NCBI GenBank assembly: GCA_951406725.2
Contig: OX597831.1
Coordinates: 26,598,001-26,662,000, forward strand
Direction of reading: 5' to 3'
DNA length: 64,000 bases
From: Octopus vulgaris
Taxonomy: Eukaryota
This document shows positions 1 through 13,048 of this stretch, in pieces; positions within the stretch are counted from its first letter, which is position 1, and each line of letters starts with the position of its first letter. The translations under genes were made by a program, and so were the position numbers. The notes under the pieces were generated by a model. It worked only from the letters and a program-made list of their open reading frames with translations. It was not told where the DNA came from and ran no database searches.

Positions 1-324
1 CAAATGTAATGCTTACTTATCCACATTGATTTGAAAGAGCAGTGGCACTTGAAATACTCACTAGACCCATTATACCCATTGCCTATTTTTTCAGTCTTCG
101 ATCACATTGTTTACATATACATATTCATTTACAAAACATCGTAACTTGCAGTGCTGTCTCTGAAATTAATAGAAAATTTATAGAGATAAACTTAAAAGGT
201 GAGAATATTGCACTGCTAACATGAGGTGAGGCACAACACGATATTGATTTGTAATCCTGTAATATCCTTGGTAGCATATGACGTGACCTTGCTAGCAATT
301 AACATATATATATATATATATATA

Positions 325-473
325 CGTGGTAAGTAGCTTGCTTATGAACCACATGGTTCCGGGTTCAGTACCACTGCATGGTACCTTGGGCAAGTGTCTT
401 CTACTATAGCCTCGGGCCAACCAAAGCCTTGTGAGTGGATTTGGTAGACGGAAACTGTAAGAAGCACGTTGTA

Positions 474-532
<59 letters not shown>

Positions 533-759
533 CTGTATGTGTGTGTATATGTTAGTAGTCTGTGTTTGTCCCCCCAACATCTCTTGGCAACCAATACTGG
601 TGTGTTTACGTCCCCGTAACTTAGCGGTTTGGCAAAATAGACTGATAGAATAATTACTAGGCTTACAAAGAATAAGTCCTGGGGTTGATTTGCTCGACTA
701 AAGGTGGTGCTCCAACATGGCCACAGTCAAATGACTGAAACAAGTAAAAGACTAAAAGA
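325..759 (+). mobile_element. tRNA-derived SINE, family A (CORE-like), 5' slightly truncated
   Basis: B-box GGTTCAGT, central CCTTGGGCAAGTGTCTTCTACTATAGCC block, internal (TA)n(TG)n, 3' hairpin CAGTC-AAAT-GACTG and A-rich tail; >15 copies in window. Confidence 0.85.
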
Positions 760-921
760 ATATATATATGTATGTATGTATATATATATGCATGTGCATA
801 TATATATATATATATGTATGTATATATATATGTATATATATATGTATGTGTATGTATATATATATATATATATGTATGTATATATATATATGTATGTATA
901 TGCGCGTGTGTGTGTTTGCAT

Positions 922-969
<48 letters not shown>

Positions 970-1135
970 ATAGAGTGTTAGGTGAGGTATACAGAAATTG
1001 AATATTGAGAAAAAAGGTCATCAGAATTTTTGAAAAAGATCTTTTTATTTTTTCATTATTATTAGTGATTTAGAATTTTGTGAATGTAGAAACAGCTTGT
1101 TCATTTACATAAAACAGATGTTGGGGGCAGGGGTG

Positions 1136-1206
<71 letters not shown>

Positions 1207-1979
1207 CAGAGAGAGAGAGAGAGAAGGGGAATCCCCCTGCCTATTCACCATTCCTTTATTTATTTAGCCATTTACCATTATACTGGAATGGATTTAAGTA
1301 TGGTGACCCCTTCAGAAAATAAAATAAAAGGTGTGGTTCGGCCATTCTGGAAGGACTTTTGCTTTCTTTCTCTCTTCCCCCTCTTTTCTTCCCTTTTCTA
1401 GTTAGGTTAAGCACATTTTTTTCACATATGTGTATTCAATTTGTTTATATTCTGCAGCTTAATGTGCTTAATCAAAATAAGAACCCCACACCTAAATAAT
1501 ACTCACTGCACCCTAATTACCCAAAGAAACTATCCAGCCTACCACAATCAAACCTCCACCTAGCAAATTTACCAGTGCAAGAACAAAATTTAATGTAAGA
1601 ATTACCACTTTTGTTTACATTACTATCACATATGTATCAGTTATTTTCACATCCTAACCGATTCATCTATCTATATTTGCATTCTGAAGAGATTTATTTA
1701 AACCAGTAAATCAAAAAGATTGTAAATGCTACCTTCATCTGCTTCCCCCTTCTTTGTTATCTAATTAAATTAAAGGCATACCAGCGAAAACCACGAGTTT
1801 CCTCTTGTTATTACATCCATTTTCTTCTCCTATATCACCTAAACTACAGTTTACCAACCGACTTTGGATTTAATTATCCCTTAGAGGTATTAAACCCCTC
1901 TAATTGATGGTTTTTGGTAAGTAGCATCGATTTTTACAATTCTGTAAATAATAATAGTAGTATTTTATGCTGGTTTTTT

Positions 1980-2092
1980 TACTTAGAATAAGTACTTGGC
2001 TTACCAAGAATAAGTCCTGGGGTCGATTCATTCGACTAAAGGTGGTGCTCCAGCATGGCTACTGTCAAAATGACTGAAACAAGTAAAAGAAT
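1980..2092 (+). mobile_element. SINE family A 3' fragment
   Basis: AAGAATAAGTCCTGGGGTCGAT...GGTGCTCCAGCATGGC...GACTGAAACAAGTAAAAG tail only. Confidence 0.8.
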
Positions 2093-2121
2093 ATTATAAT
2101 ATATATATATCTTATATTATC

Positions 2122-2154
<33 letters not shown>

Positions 2155-2155
<1 letters not shown>

Positions 2156-2400
2156 CACCACCTTCGAAACGCAGAGTAGTTGAAACCATGGCAACTGAAG
2201 AAGGGGAATTTTCCTTGTGTTATTTGTCCTGTACTCTATTTTTTGTTGTTTAAGAAAAATGTCCAGTTCCTTGGTTTTGTGTTTATGTTTTCGTTTCTCA
2301 TTGTGTTCGACGTTTTTTTTGGTGTCCTGTACCCATATATGCATGTATATATACATGTAGAGGTAGGTACGTACATATATGTATGTATATATGCATATGT
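2155..2400 (+). mobile_element. (TA)n-embedded repeat, family P (related copy at 45925-46265), possibly Penelope-like terminal repeat
   Basis: Shares TTTTCCTTGTG...GTCCTGTACTCT...TTTCTCATTG...GGTGTCCTGTAC...ATGTAGAKGTAGGTACGTAC with 45925-46265; contains GAAAC...GTA...CTGAAGA. Confidence 0.55.
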
Positions 2401-2794
2401 TATATATTATTAAATATATATATATATATCATGGAAGGCAGATGTTAAATGATGATTGCCCATATGATGTAAAGAAAGCACTCTCACTATGAGAAATAAT
2501 GTGGTTATCTTTTTGCATATCATTGAGCAGTATATAACTGGTTATGGCATACAACTGATTAGACTATTACCATTGGTTTCATGAAGTACTGCAGTTAATG
2601 ATATTGAGTTAGCAGCTTACTTCAAAACTACTGACCTTATGTCTAAATCAGAATCAATTTTATGTTATAAAATATCGACAGAATTGGTTGGTGGGTGAAG
2701 GGACAAGAACAGGAAAATATATCATTATATTCTGAAAAATATTAGAAAGTAAAATATATTGTAAAAATTATTAGAAAAATATTGCTAGATGTTC

Positions 2795-3540
2795 ATTGCC
2801 ATGTATGACTGAGTGTGTCTTGAGGGAAAAAATTGGGTATAAGAGGCATCAGATGTGTGCGAGAGAGAAGACTGTGTTGGTATGGCCATGTGATGTGTAT
2901 GGATGAGGACAGCTGTGTAAAGAAGTGCTGATCTCTAACTGTGAAGGGAACCTATGAAGAGGTAGACCCAGGAAGACATGAGATGAGGTGGTGAAGCAAG
3001 ATCTTCAGATGCTAGGTCTCATGGAGGAGATGACCTTTGGCAATTTGCTGTGCTTGAGAAGACTCATCAAGCAAAATGAAATTGTAGTTGTGGATTATAC
3101 CAGTGACACATAAAAGGTATCTGTGCTGGTGATATGTAAAAAGCACTCATGCTGGTGACATGTAAAAGACAGCCAGTACACTCTATAAAGTGGTTCCCAT
3201 TAGAAAGGGCTGTAAAGTGGTTGCCATTAGAAAGGTGGTGGCACGTAAAAGACACCATTCGAGCGTGATCATTACCAGCATCGCCTTACTGGCACCTGTG
3301 CCGGTGGCATGAGCAAAAGATTTGAGCGAGATCATTGCCAGTACCGCCTGACAGGCCCTGTGCCACTGGCACGTAAAAGCACCCACTACACTCTTGGAGT
3401 GGTTGGCGTTAGGAAGGGCATTCAGCTGTAGAAACTCTGCCAGATCAAGATTGGAGCCTGGTGCAGCCATCTGTTTCACCAGCCCTCAGTCAAATCATCC
3501 AAACCATGCTAGCATGGAAAGCACGTTAAACAATGATGAT
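2795..3540 (+). mobile_element. RTE-clade LINE 3' end (ORF2 C-terminus plus 3' UTR and (ATG)n tail)
   Basis: Degenerate LCWYGHVMCMDEDSCVKKC...GRPRKT.DEVVKQDL, homologous to the end of the RTE at 52483-53640, followed by ~62-bp UTR repeats and GTTAAAC(A)ATGATGAT tail. Confidence 0.85.
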
Positions 3541-3556
3541 GATATATATATATATA

Positions 3557-3656
3557 GGCGCAGGCGAGGCTGTGTGGTAAGTAGCTTGCTTACCAACCAC
3601 ATGGTTCAGTCCCACTGTGTAGTACCTTGGGCAAGTGTCTTCTACTATAGCCTCAG
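3557..3656 (+). mobile_element. SINE family A head, 3' truncated
   Basis: GGCGCAGG..GGCTGTGTGGTAAGTAGC head with A/B boxes; stops at CCTCAG. Confidence 0.8.
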
Positions 3657-3962
3657 GTAAGATTTCAGTTTGATTTAGAATTACTGAAGATTTCATGAGG
3701 AAGGCAGAGAAAATGACTGAAACCAGTAAATTTATATAGAAAACCCTCTTGAATCAAAGGAAAGTAATTTTGATTTTTTAATGCCTTAATCACAAGTAAA
3801 AAACCAAGCCAAAATCAAACTGGAGCTTTGTACAATTCTGTGGCTTACCAGTTCCAGTCAAACAATCAAACCCATCCCAGGATGGTAAATAGACACTAAA
3901 TGATGATGATGATAACGATGATTAGAAGAAAGTAAATGATATTCTGAAAAATATAAGAAGAT

Positions 3963-4378
3963 GGTGCAGGAGTGGCTGTGTGGTAAGTAGCTTGTTTACC
4001 AACCACATGGTTCCGGGTTCAGTCCCACTGCGTGGCACCTTGGGCAAGTGTCTTCTACTATAGCCTCGGGCCGACCAAAACCTTGTGAGTGGATTTGGTA
4101 GACGGAAACTGAAAGAAGCCAATCGTATATATGTATATATATATATATGCGTGTATGTGTTTGTGTGTCTGTGTTTGTCCTCCTAGCATTGCTTGACAAC
4201 CGGTGCTGGTGTGTTTATGTCCCCGTTACTTAGCGGTTCAGCAAAAGAGACCGATAGAATAAGTACTGGGCCTACAAAAGAATAAGTCCCGGGGATGAGT
4301 TGCTCAATTAAAAGCGGTGCTCCAGCATGGCCGCAGTCAAATGACTGAAACAAGTAAAAGAGTAAAAGAAAGTAAAAA
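3963..4378 (+). mobile_element. SINE family A, full length
   Basis: A box TGGCTGTGTGG, B box GGTTCAGTCCC, core, internal microsatellite, tail. Confidence 0.9.
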
Positions 4379-5072
4379 GTATAGCATTTGAGTATATTGT
4401 AATAAGAGAGAAATTTTGTTGGGCATCATTTATTTTCAAAGCCTGTGTATTGTTGACAAGATGGTGGCTGTTGAAGGCCAAGTAGTTAAAGTTGAAGAAG
4501 TGGTGGCAGCTGCCGAAAGCCCAGAATGTCAACCACTGAAGATATAAGTTACAAGTTGTTGCGATAGATTATGTAAGAATAGCAAGCAAAAAAGAGAATG
4601 AAAGAAAAAAAAAATAATGTCATCAAAATAGAAATATGATGGAAAAAAAATATATTCGAGAAAGCTGCAACAACAAAAACTGTTATCAATGTCAACAAGG
4701 AATGTTTTATAGAAACAGAGAAAACATAAATTTACACGTGCATCGGCAGCAAATATACCCAGCGTTGTATGGTCAGGAATATGGTGGAGAAGAAAAAGGA
4801 AAGAAAAAGAGAGCTGAGTTGCAATTTCAAAAAAAAAAGAAAAAAATGTGTGAAATGTTAGCGTGTTCTTCATAGGTTTTTGGTAAGATTTCAGTTTGAT
4901 TTAGAACTACTGAAGATTTCGTGAGGAAGGTAGAGAAAATGGCTGAAACCAGGCAAATTTATATAGAAAACCCTCTTGTATCAAAGGAAAGTAAATTGCT
5001 GTTGGACATTGATTTTTGACTTTTTTTAATGGCTTAATCACAAGTAAAAAACCAATGCCAAAGATTTGTTTA

Positions 5073-5204
5073 GTGGTGGTGGTGGTGGTGGTTGCAGTGG
5101 CGGCAGTGGTAGTGGTGGCGGCGGTGGTGGCGGCAGCAGTGGTGTTGGTGGTGTTGGTGGTGGTGGTGGTGGTGGTGGTGGTGTTGGTGTTGGTGTTGGT
5201 GTTG

Positions 5205-5236
<32 letters not shown>

Positions 5237-5292
5237 GGTGGTGGTGGTGGTGGTGGTGGTGGTGGTGGCAGCACTGGTGGTGGTGGTGCTGG
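5073..5292. repeat. (GGT)n/(GTT)n trinucleotide array
   Basis: Direct reading; explains the poly-V/poly-P/poly-G ORFs. Confidence 0.95.
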
Positions 5293-5517
5293 GAGGAAAC
5301 AGAGCAAGTCATGGGTTATCTTCAGAGCTGAAGCTTTATCAGAATACTTGCAGCAAAACAGAATTTGCTCATGGAATCCAAGCAGCAGGTGGTATTATTG
5401 AATGGGGTAATGTGTTAACCCTTTTGATATCAACCCACCTGAGACCATCCCTAGCTCTTTGATACAAACTTCCAGTTTAAAACAATCTAAATTAAAGCTG
5501 GTCATCAAAATTAGATG

Positions 5518-5915
5518 CAATAGTGACTGTGTGGTAAGAAGCTTCCTTTCCAACCACATGATTCTGGGTTCAGTTCCACTGTATGGCACCTTGGAAAAGC
5601 GTCTTCTACTATAGCCTCAGGCCAACCAAAGCCTTGTGAGTGGATTTGATAAATGGAAACTGAATGAAGCCTATCATATATATATGTATGTGATTATGTA
5701 CATGTATCAGTGTTTGTTCCCCTGCCATCGCTTGACGACCGATGCTGGTGTGTTTATGTCCTCCTAACTAAGTGGTTCAGCAAAAGAGTCTGGTAGGATA
5801 AGTACTAGGCTGACAAAGAATAAGTCCTGGAGTTGATCTCTTCAGCTAAAACCCTTTATGGTGGTGCTCCAGCATGGCTGCAGCCAAGTGACTGAAACGA
5901 GTAAAAGAATAAAAG
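5518..5915 (+). mobile_element. SINE family A, diverged
   Basis: Colinear with family A consensus. Confidence 0.8.
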
Positions 5916-5944
5916 ATGAATTCCAAATACCAGTTTAACAATCT

Positions 5945-6368
5945 TTTATCTTTTCTGTTATCTTTCATTTGTTTTGGTCATTAGACTGTGGCCATGCTGG
6001 GGCACTGCCTTGAAGAATTTTTAGTCAAATGTATCAATCCCAGTACTTATTAATAAAAAGCCTGATACTCATTCTATCAGTCTCTTTTGACAAACTGCTA
6101 AGTTATAGGGATGTAAACACACCAGCACTGGATGTCAAATGGTGGAGCAGGGAACAAACACAGACACAAAGACGTGCACGCATAGATATATAGATATACA
6201 TATAAATGACAGGCTTCTTTCAGTTTCCATCTACCAAATCCACTCACAAGGCTTTGGTCGACTCGAGGCTGTAACAGAAGACACTTGCCCAAGATGCCAT
6301 GCAGTGGGACTGAACACTGAACCATGTGGCTGTGAAGCAACCTTCTTACCACACAGCCATGTCTGTGC
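5945..6368 (-). mobile_element. SINE family A, diverged
   Basis: Reverse complement of family A head, core and tail. Confidence 0.8.
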
Positions 6369-6448
6369 CAATGTCAATGTTATTTTAGTAAATTCTTTAT
6401 TATTTTCAAAATTAATTGACTAAAAGGCAACAGATTTCTATAAAAATA

Positions 6449-6989
6449 CAGGTCGTCATCAACTTACAACCTATCCGACTTACAACCGATCAACTTTACA
6501 ATGGTTGGCGCACCAGCTCCCAGCAGCAATATTGAATAGTCCAGTTGTAATCTAATGGGTTTAATTTCTTAGAAATGAACCCATCTTCGGATGATGTCAG
6601 CTAAAAAACGCTTCCCCTAGTTTTATAAGGCGTCTGCTTGAGACGCTAAAATTTTTGACTAACGCCAGTATAATAGTATAATACAGAATGCTGCGTGTGA
6701 CTTTTACCTGAGAATGTACCTTAAGAATATTGAAAAGAATATACCTTAAGACTATAGAAACGGTTGCAAGATGCTACGAAAATTTTAGGAAAATAAAAAT
6801 AAGAAATAATTGGAAATTTTACCGGTGAGTGTGTTACATTATAAGGCACAAAAAAAAAAATGACTCTCCCCAAACACAACAGAATACCTTAAGAATGTAA
6901 AATATAAAACAAAGCTATGTGTAGGCCTATAGGCCAACTTATGACCAGTCAGTCAGAACCAATTGTGGTTGTAAGTTGATAATGACCTG
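6449..6989. mobile_element. Tc1/mariner-superfamily (pogo/Tigger-like) MITE
   Basis: 23-bp TIRs CAGGTCGTCATCAACTTACAACC / GGTTGTAAGTTGATAATGACCTG (2 mismatches), TA on both sides (6447-6448, 6990-6991), no ORF. Confidence 0.85.
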
Positions 6990-7319
6990 TACAGTAAAGG
7001 AACAGTTAAGCATACAAACAGAAAAAATATACAGCCCATCCATTGGGGGCCCATACAGCTTGCAGCTTGGGCCAACATGAAGTTATGATAAAATGCACTT
7101 AAACAAAGAGCTATGGTGTGGAATCAGAACCAGAACAGTAAGAACAATGGGTAGAATTGTGATTGTATAAGAAGTGCTGTTGTTTAGCTGGTGAGCGTGA
7201 GTTTAACCCTTGAGTTAGTCTGTTATATATTTTCTGGTTGAAGTAGAATGAACCATCGGCAAAGCAGGTATTAGAGTCTCTAAGAGGAGGAGAGGTAGGT
7301 AGGTAGGTAGATAGGTAGG

Positions 7320-7400
<81 letters not shown>

Positions 7401-8316
7401 GGCTGGATGGATGGTTGGATTGGTTGGATGGATGGATGGATTGATGGATGGGTGGATGCATGGATGTGTAGTTAAAGAAATAGAGTAGGATAGATGGATG
7501 ATTAGAAAGATTAATATATAGAAGGGTCCAATAGATATGAATACACACACACATGGATATGTCTGTGTGAGTATGTGTGTGTGAATGTACATGTTGTATG
7601 TGCAAATATTCATGTCTATATATATATATATATATATAAATATATATATATGTATATATATGTATATATATATGTATATATGTAAGTATGTATGTATGTA
7701 TACATGTATATATATCTATGTGTATATATATATATATATATATACATATCCATGCATGTGCATGTGGTATATATTTAGTAAACTATTAAATAGTTATGTC
7801 ATCATCTCCCAAACAACAAACACAACAGACAACAACAACAATAACAACAACAACACAAACTACAAACAAAGCAAACAGTGAAATCGTAAACTAAAACAAC
7901 AATAACATCATCAACGAGGTGTGTACCTATGTACATGTGAGAATCTGACATTATACATTGTCTATATTTAGTTGACCACCCCTGCTGAGGATTGTCTTCC
8001 TTGAAGAAGCACGCTGTGTCTCACCCACGGAGTTTGCTTGTAAAAATATTTGCAATCTGCCTGTGTTCATGTGTGTGTGTATCTGTGTATGTGTGTGTGT
8101 GTGTGTGTGTGTGTCTGTGTGTGTGTGAGTATGTGAATCTCATAAAAGTGAGGGTGTGATTCTTCTTACAAGGCGAGTTTATGTTTTTTTAATGCCTTGC
8201 ATCTTCCTCTTTGTGTCTCTCAATATATATTCGCTACAAACACACAAACATGTAACTATATAAAATAATGATATATGCACGTGTATTTACACACACACAC
8301 ACACACACATATATGC

Positions 8317-8362
<46 letters not shown>

Positions 8363-8823
8363 TATATATATGTAGATATATATATGCGTATATATATATA
8401 TGTGTGTATGCATGTATATATATATATGTATGTATGTACGTATACATATATTTATGCATGTATATATATGTATGTACATATATGTATGTATGTATGCATG
8501 TATATGTATGTATTGTTTGTTTTACCTATCTTACGTCTTAACAGGTGGGTATATATGTGTATGTGTATTTATCTATTTATCTATCTATCTATCTATACAC
8601 ACACAAACACACAGACACACACACACACACACACACATATTTATATATAAACATATATATATATACACATGCATATATAGATATACATATATATATACAC
8701 AAACACATATCTATATATTATATATATTATATATAATGGTGGTGCCCCAGCATGGCCACAGCTCGTGAGCTGAAACTAGAATCAATCAATCATATACACA
8801 TACACACACACATATATGTATTA

Positions 8824-8868
<45 letters not shown>

Positions 8869-9309
8869 CTCAGAACATTAGGTGTGAAATATATGCAATA
8901 CTTGTGTGTGTTCACAGATTAATTAAGTCTGCAAGTGTTCTTCAGCAAGTTAATTGTCTTTCATGTATTTTATGCAAGTTTTTTTTTTTTGTCATTTGTT
9001 TATAAGTTTTTTTATTGTTATATTGTACTACACATGTTTATGGCTTCAAAGCTTGTTGTTAATTTCAGGAAAGGATAAAAGTAGCATCTTTTATAATCTT
9101 TATGTGAATGACAGAGGGGGAAATAATTTTTACCTGTATGAAATACTGAATATGTGGAATTTAGGTTATTGTCTACATAGAATGAACAATCTTGGTTTTC
9201 AAACAGAATTATACAAAGGAGTGCTGAAATGTTCCTGACATTGGGTACAAGAAGATACAGGTGGATCAGTTAATTAGGATTTTTTTAAACATATTTAACA
9301 TATTTGGGT

Positions 9310-9718
9310 GTTGGGCTTCATGGATGCAAAGTGGTTGAGTTCCTTTCGAGTGTTGGGCCTCATGGAGGCAATAACTGAGACCCTCGGCATTATGTCATGT
9401 TTGAGAAGATCTATCCAGCCAAACAAAATCACTGTCATGGCAGATACTGGTGTCACACAAACTGGCACCCATGCCAGTGGAATGTAAAAGCACCCCCAGT
9501 GTCACGTACATGGCACCTGTGCTAGTGGCACGTAAAAGTACCCATTACACTCTTGGAAGGGTTGCCATTAGGAAGGGCATCTAGCGGTAGAAAACCATGT
9601 CAAATCAGACAGGAGTCTGGTGCAGCCTTCCAGCATGCCAACACAATAAAACTGTCCAACCCATGCCAGCATGGACAACAGACGTTAAATGAAGATTATG
9701 ATGATGATGAGGATGATA
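9310..9718 (+). mobile_element. RTE LINE 3' end
   Basis: LGLMEA..VFEK C-terminal remnant, UTR repeat, GGACAACAGACGTTAAATGAAGATTATGATGATG tail. Confidence 0.8.
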
Positions 9719-10189
9719 TTTCCCTCTCAGATACATAAACCTATTGCAGCAGTCCTCCAGTGTGCGTGTGTGCGTGTGTGCGTGTGTGTGTTTGTGCCTG
9801 TGTATCTCTGCGTCTGTGTTTGACTGTCTATCATAATCTCATTTTAATGTCTGCTTTTCCATGCTTACATTGGTCAGATGAAATTAATGATGTCTTTTCA
9901 TGCAGTTTGACTTGTCCAAAGAGGTGGCTGCACACTATAGGAAATGTGGAATAAGCACAAATGATATTTTTCTAGTAACAGGCTACAAGAGACATGGCAT
10001 GTCATCAGATAGGCCCCACAACTAAAAAAATTATTCAATGGTAATTTTTCATTAGGCATGCTATTGAGAAAGAAATTTGGAGCACAGTTTGCCAATGATG
10101 GTTCTAGAATAGCAAGCCACCCGAGCAGCATAGATAAACTACTGTATTGAGTACTTCTTTGGATTGTTATCCAACAGCTGATACACACA

Positions 10190-10380
10190 CATGTTTGTTC
10201 CCCCAACATTGCTTGACAACCGATGCTGGTGTGTTTATGTCCCCGTAACTTAGCAGTTCAGCAAAAGAGACTGATAGAATAAGTACAAGGCTTACAAAGA
10301 ATAAGTCCTGGGGTCGATTTGCTCGACTAAAGGCGGTGCTCCAGCATGGCCGCAGTCAAATGACTGAAACAAGTAAGAGT
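10190..10380 (+). mobile_element. SINE family A 3' half
   Basis: CATTGCTTGACAACCGATGCTGG through tail. Confidence 0.85.
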
Positions 10381-10409
10381 ATACACACACACACACACAT
10401 ATATGTATG

Positions 10410-10462
<53 letters not shown>

Positions 10463-10521
10463 ACATATATATATATATGTACATATATATATATGTATAT
10501 ATATATATGTATATATATATG

Positions 10522-10595
<74 letters not shown>

Positions 10596-10597
<2 letters not shown>

Positions 10598-11154
10598 CAA
10601 TTTCATTTTTGTTGATTTTCAAAAGCAAATGTTATGTGGAGCTGTGTTGCAAACTGTATTTTTCCTCAGCATTATTCGAAAGATCATTTGTTTTTAGGGC
10701 TGTTTTAACTTTTCGGTTGTGTCTTGTAGCTGTCTGAACAACTGTTATCTTATTTAGCCAAGGCTTTGGGAATTTTGTGTGTCATATATACTACTCTGGT
10801 ATATGATTCAGTCTTTCTTACCAGAATATGATTAAAAACTGCTGTAAAATTCAGATGTGGCTTTCACCTTTCTTAACTATTGTTTTGACTGTCATATGAC
10901 ATATCTCTTGAACATAAGCTCTGAGGAGACTTTCTCGTGCAGCTGTTACAAGTCTTTAACACATGGACGAAATAGAAAAACTGACCAGCCTCAAGCAATC
11001 AATCTCTGCATAAACTGATAGTGATCTAAGTTGCATTGTCTCTATGAAAACAAACAGTTTTTGGAACAAAAGCCAAAAAAGATAAAGTTTGCAGCACAGC
11101 TCCACATAAACACATAAAGATGCACTTTTGAAAATCAGCAAATATGAAACTGGT
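10596..11154. mobile_element. Old non-autonomous TIR element with long diverged inverted termini
   Basis: ACCAATTTCATTTTTGTTGATTTTCAAAAG...TTATGTGGAGCTGTGTTGCAAAC matches the reverse complement of 11030-11154. Confidence 0.65.
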
Positions 11155-11185
11155 TAAGTGCATGTGTGTAAATGTGTGTGTGTGT

Positions 11186-11502
11186 GTAAATATATCATCA
11201 TCATCATCATCATCGTTTAATGTCCGTTTTCCATGCTGGCATGGGTTGGACGGTTCAACTGGTGTCTGGGAAGCCAGAAGGCTGCGCCAGGCCCAGTCTG
11301 ATCTGGCAGTGTTTCTACAGCTGGATGCCCTTCCTAACGCCAACCACTCCATGAGTGTAGTGGGTGCTTTTTACGTGCCAGGGGAGTCTGGCAGCAGCCA
11401 CGATCGGTTGGTGCTTTTTACGTGCCACCAGCACAGAAGCCAGTCAAGGCGGCGCTGGCATCGGCCACGTTCGGATGGTGCCTTTTTACATGCCACCGGC
11501 AC
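11186..11502 (-). mobile_element. RTE LINE 3' UTR/tail
   Basis: (CAT)n GTTTAATGTCCG...GGATGCCCTTCCTAACGCCAACC, as in other RTE ends. Confidence 0.85.
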
Positions 11503-11529
11503 ATATATATATATATATATACATATATG

Positions 11530-11790
11530 AATAATAATAAATGCGCCCTTTTAAAGCCTAGCTAGGCTCATGGGCCTGGTTTCCCAGTTTCAATGGTGTA
11601 TGTGTTCCCCAGCTGAACAGGACACCAGTCCATCACAGCATTATTCATTTTTGCCAGCTGAGTGGACTGGAGCAATATGAAATGAAGTGTTTTGCTCAAG
11701 AACACAACGCGTTGCCCAGTCCAGGAACTGAACCCACAATCTTACGATCATGATGCTGACACCCTAACCACTAAGCCACATGCATTCCAC
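11530..11790 (-). mobile_element. tRNA-derived SINE, third family
   Basis: Minus strand: GTGGCTTAGTGGTTAGG (A box), GGTTCAGTTCC (B box), CTTGAGCAAAACACTTC core, (ATT)n tail. Confidence 0.8.
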
Positions 11791-11828
11791 ACACACACAG
11801 ACACGCACACACACACATATATATATAT

Positions 11829-12205
11829 AGGCGCAGGCATGGCTGTGTGGTAAGAAACTGACTTCCCAAGCACATGGTTTGGGGTTCACACCACTGCATG
11901 GCACTTTGAGCAAGTGGTTTCTACTATAGCCTCAGGTCGACCAAAGCCTTATGAGTGGATTTGGTAGATGGAAAATCAAAATATGTATGTATAATTTGTG
12001 TGTTTGTGTCTGTGTTTGTCGCCCCACAAGCACTTGACAACCAATGTTGTACCTTAGGCATTTGGCAAAAGAGACCAATAGAATAGGTACCAGGCTCACA
12101 AAGAATAAGTCTATGGGTCTTATATATATATATGCTCCACTAAAAAGCGGTGCTCCAGCATGGCCACAGTCAAAATTACTAAAACCAGTAAAAGAATAAA
12201 CGAAT
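11829..12205 (+). mobile_element. SINE family A, diverged
   Basis: Head, core and tail recognisable. Confidence 0.75.
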
Positions 12206-12317
12206 ATATATATATATGTATGTATATATGTGTGTATGTATGTATGTATGTATGTATGTATGTGTGTATATATATATACATATATATATATAAATACATA
12301 TATATACATATATATTA

Positions 12318-12354
<37 letters not shown>

Positions 12355-12399
12355 CATACATATATATTTATATATATACACATATACACACACACACAC

Positions 12400-12474
<75 letters not shown>

Positions 12475-12622
12475 GTATATATATGCATGTAACTGGAGAT
12501 GTATAGACAGACAGGTTAAATCAAAATCAAAATCAAAGAATAAAAGAAAGGAAAAGCGAGAGACACATAAGAAGAGTTAGAAAAAGGAGGAAAGTAGTGT
12601 GTGTGCACGCACGCGTGTGATT

Positions 12623-12689
<67 letters not shown>

Positions 12690-13048
12690 AAGCGAAATGA
12701 GAAATGTGTTGAATTTAGTTTTGTTCATTAAACAGAAAGAATTACAAGTTTAGTGCTAATTAAGTCACTATGCCATGTGCTAATGAGCTTACCTAATTAA
12801 ACATCCTTAAACTACAAATGTAAACATGATAATGTAGTAGCCTCTACTCAGTCAAGCGGTTTGCTAGAAATAGCAGCCAAATCTCCCCGAAATCACATTG
12901 TACTGTCTTAAAATAGGAAGGACAGATTGGATACTATAGTCCTTCATGTACTTAGCCCTAGGAAAAAGGTGGGGTGGTCAAGGCTGGAATGTTTATGATT
13001 ATATGTCTACTAAATCAGTGCTGACCTCAGGTTAAAATGCATCAAATA

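Noticed and set aside
9067-9238. Open frame after a good acceptor (GKDKSSIFYNLYVNDRGG...)
   Set aside because: No recognisable homology or supporting exon; compatible with chance.
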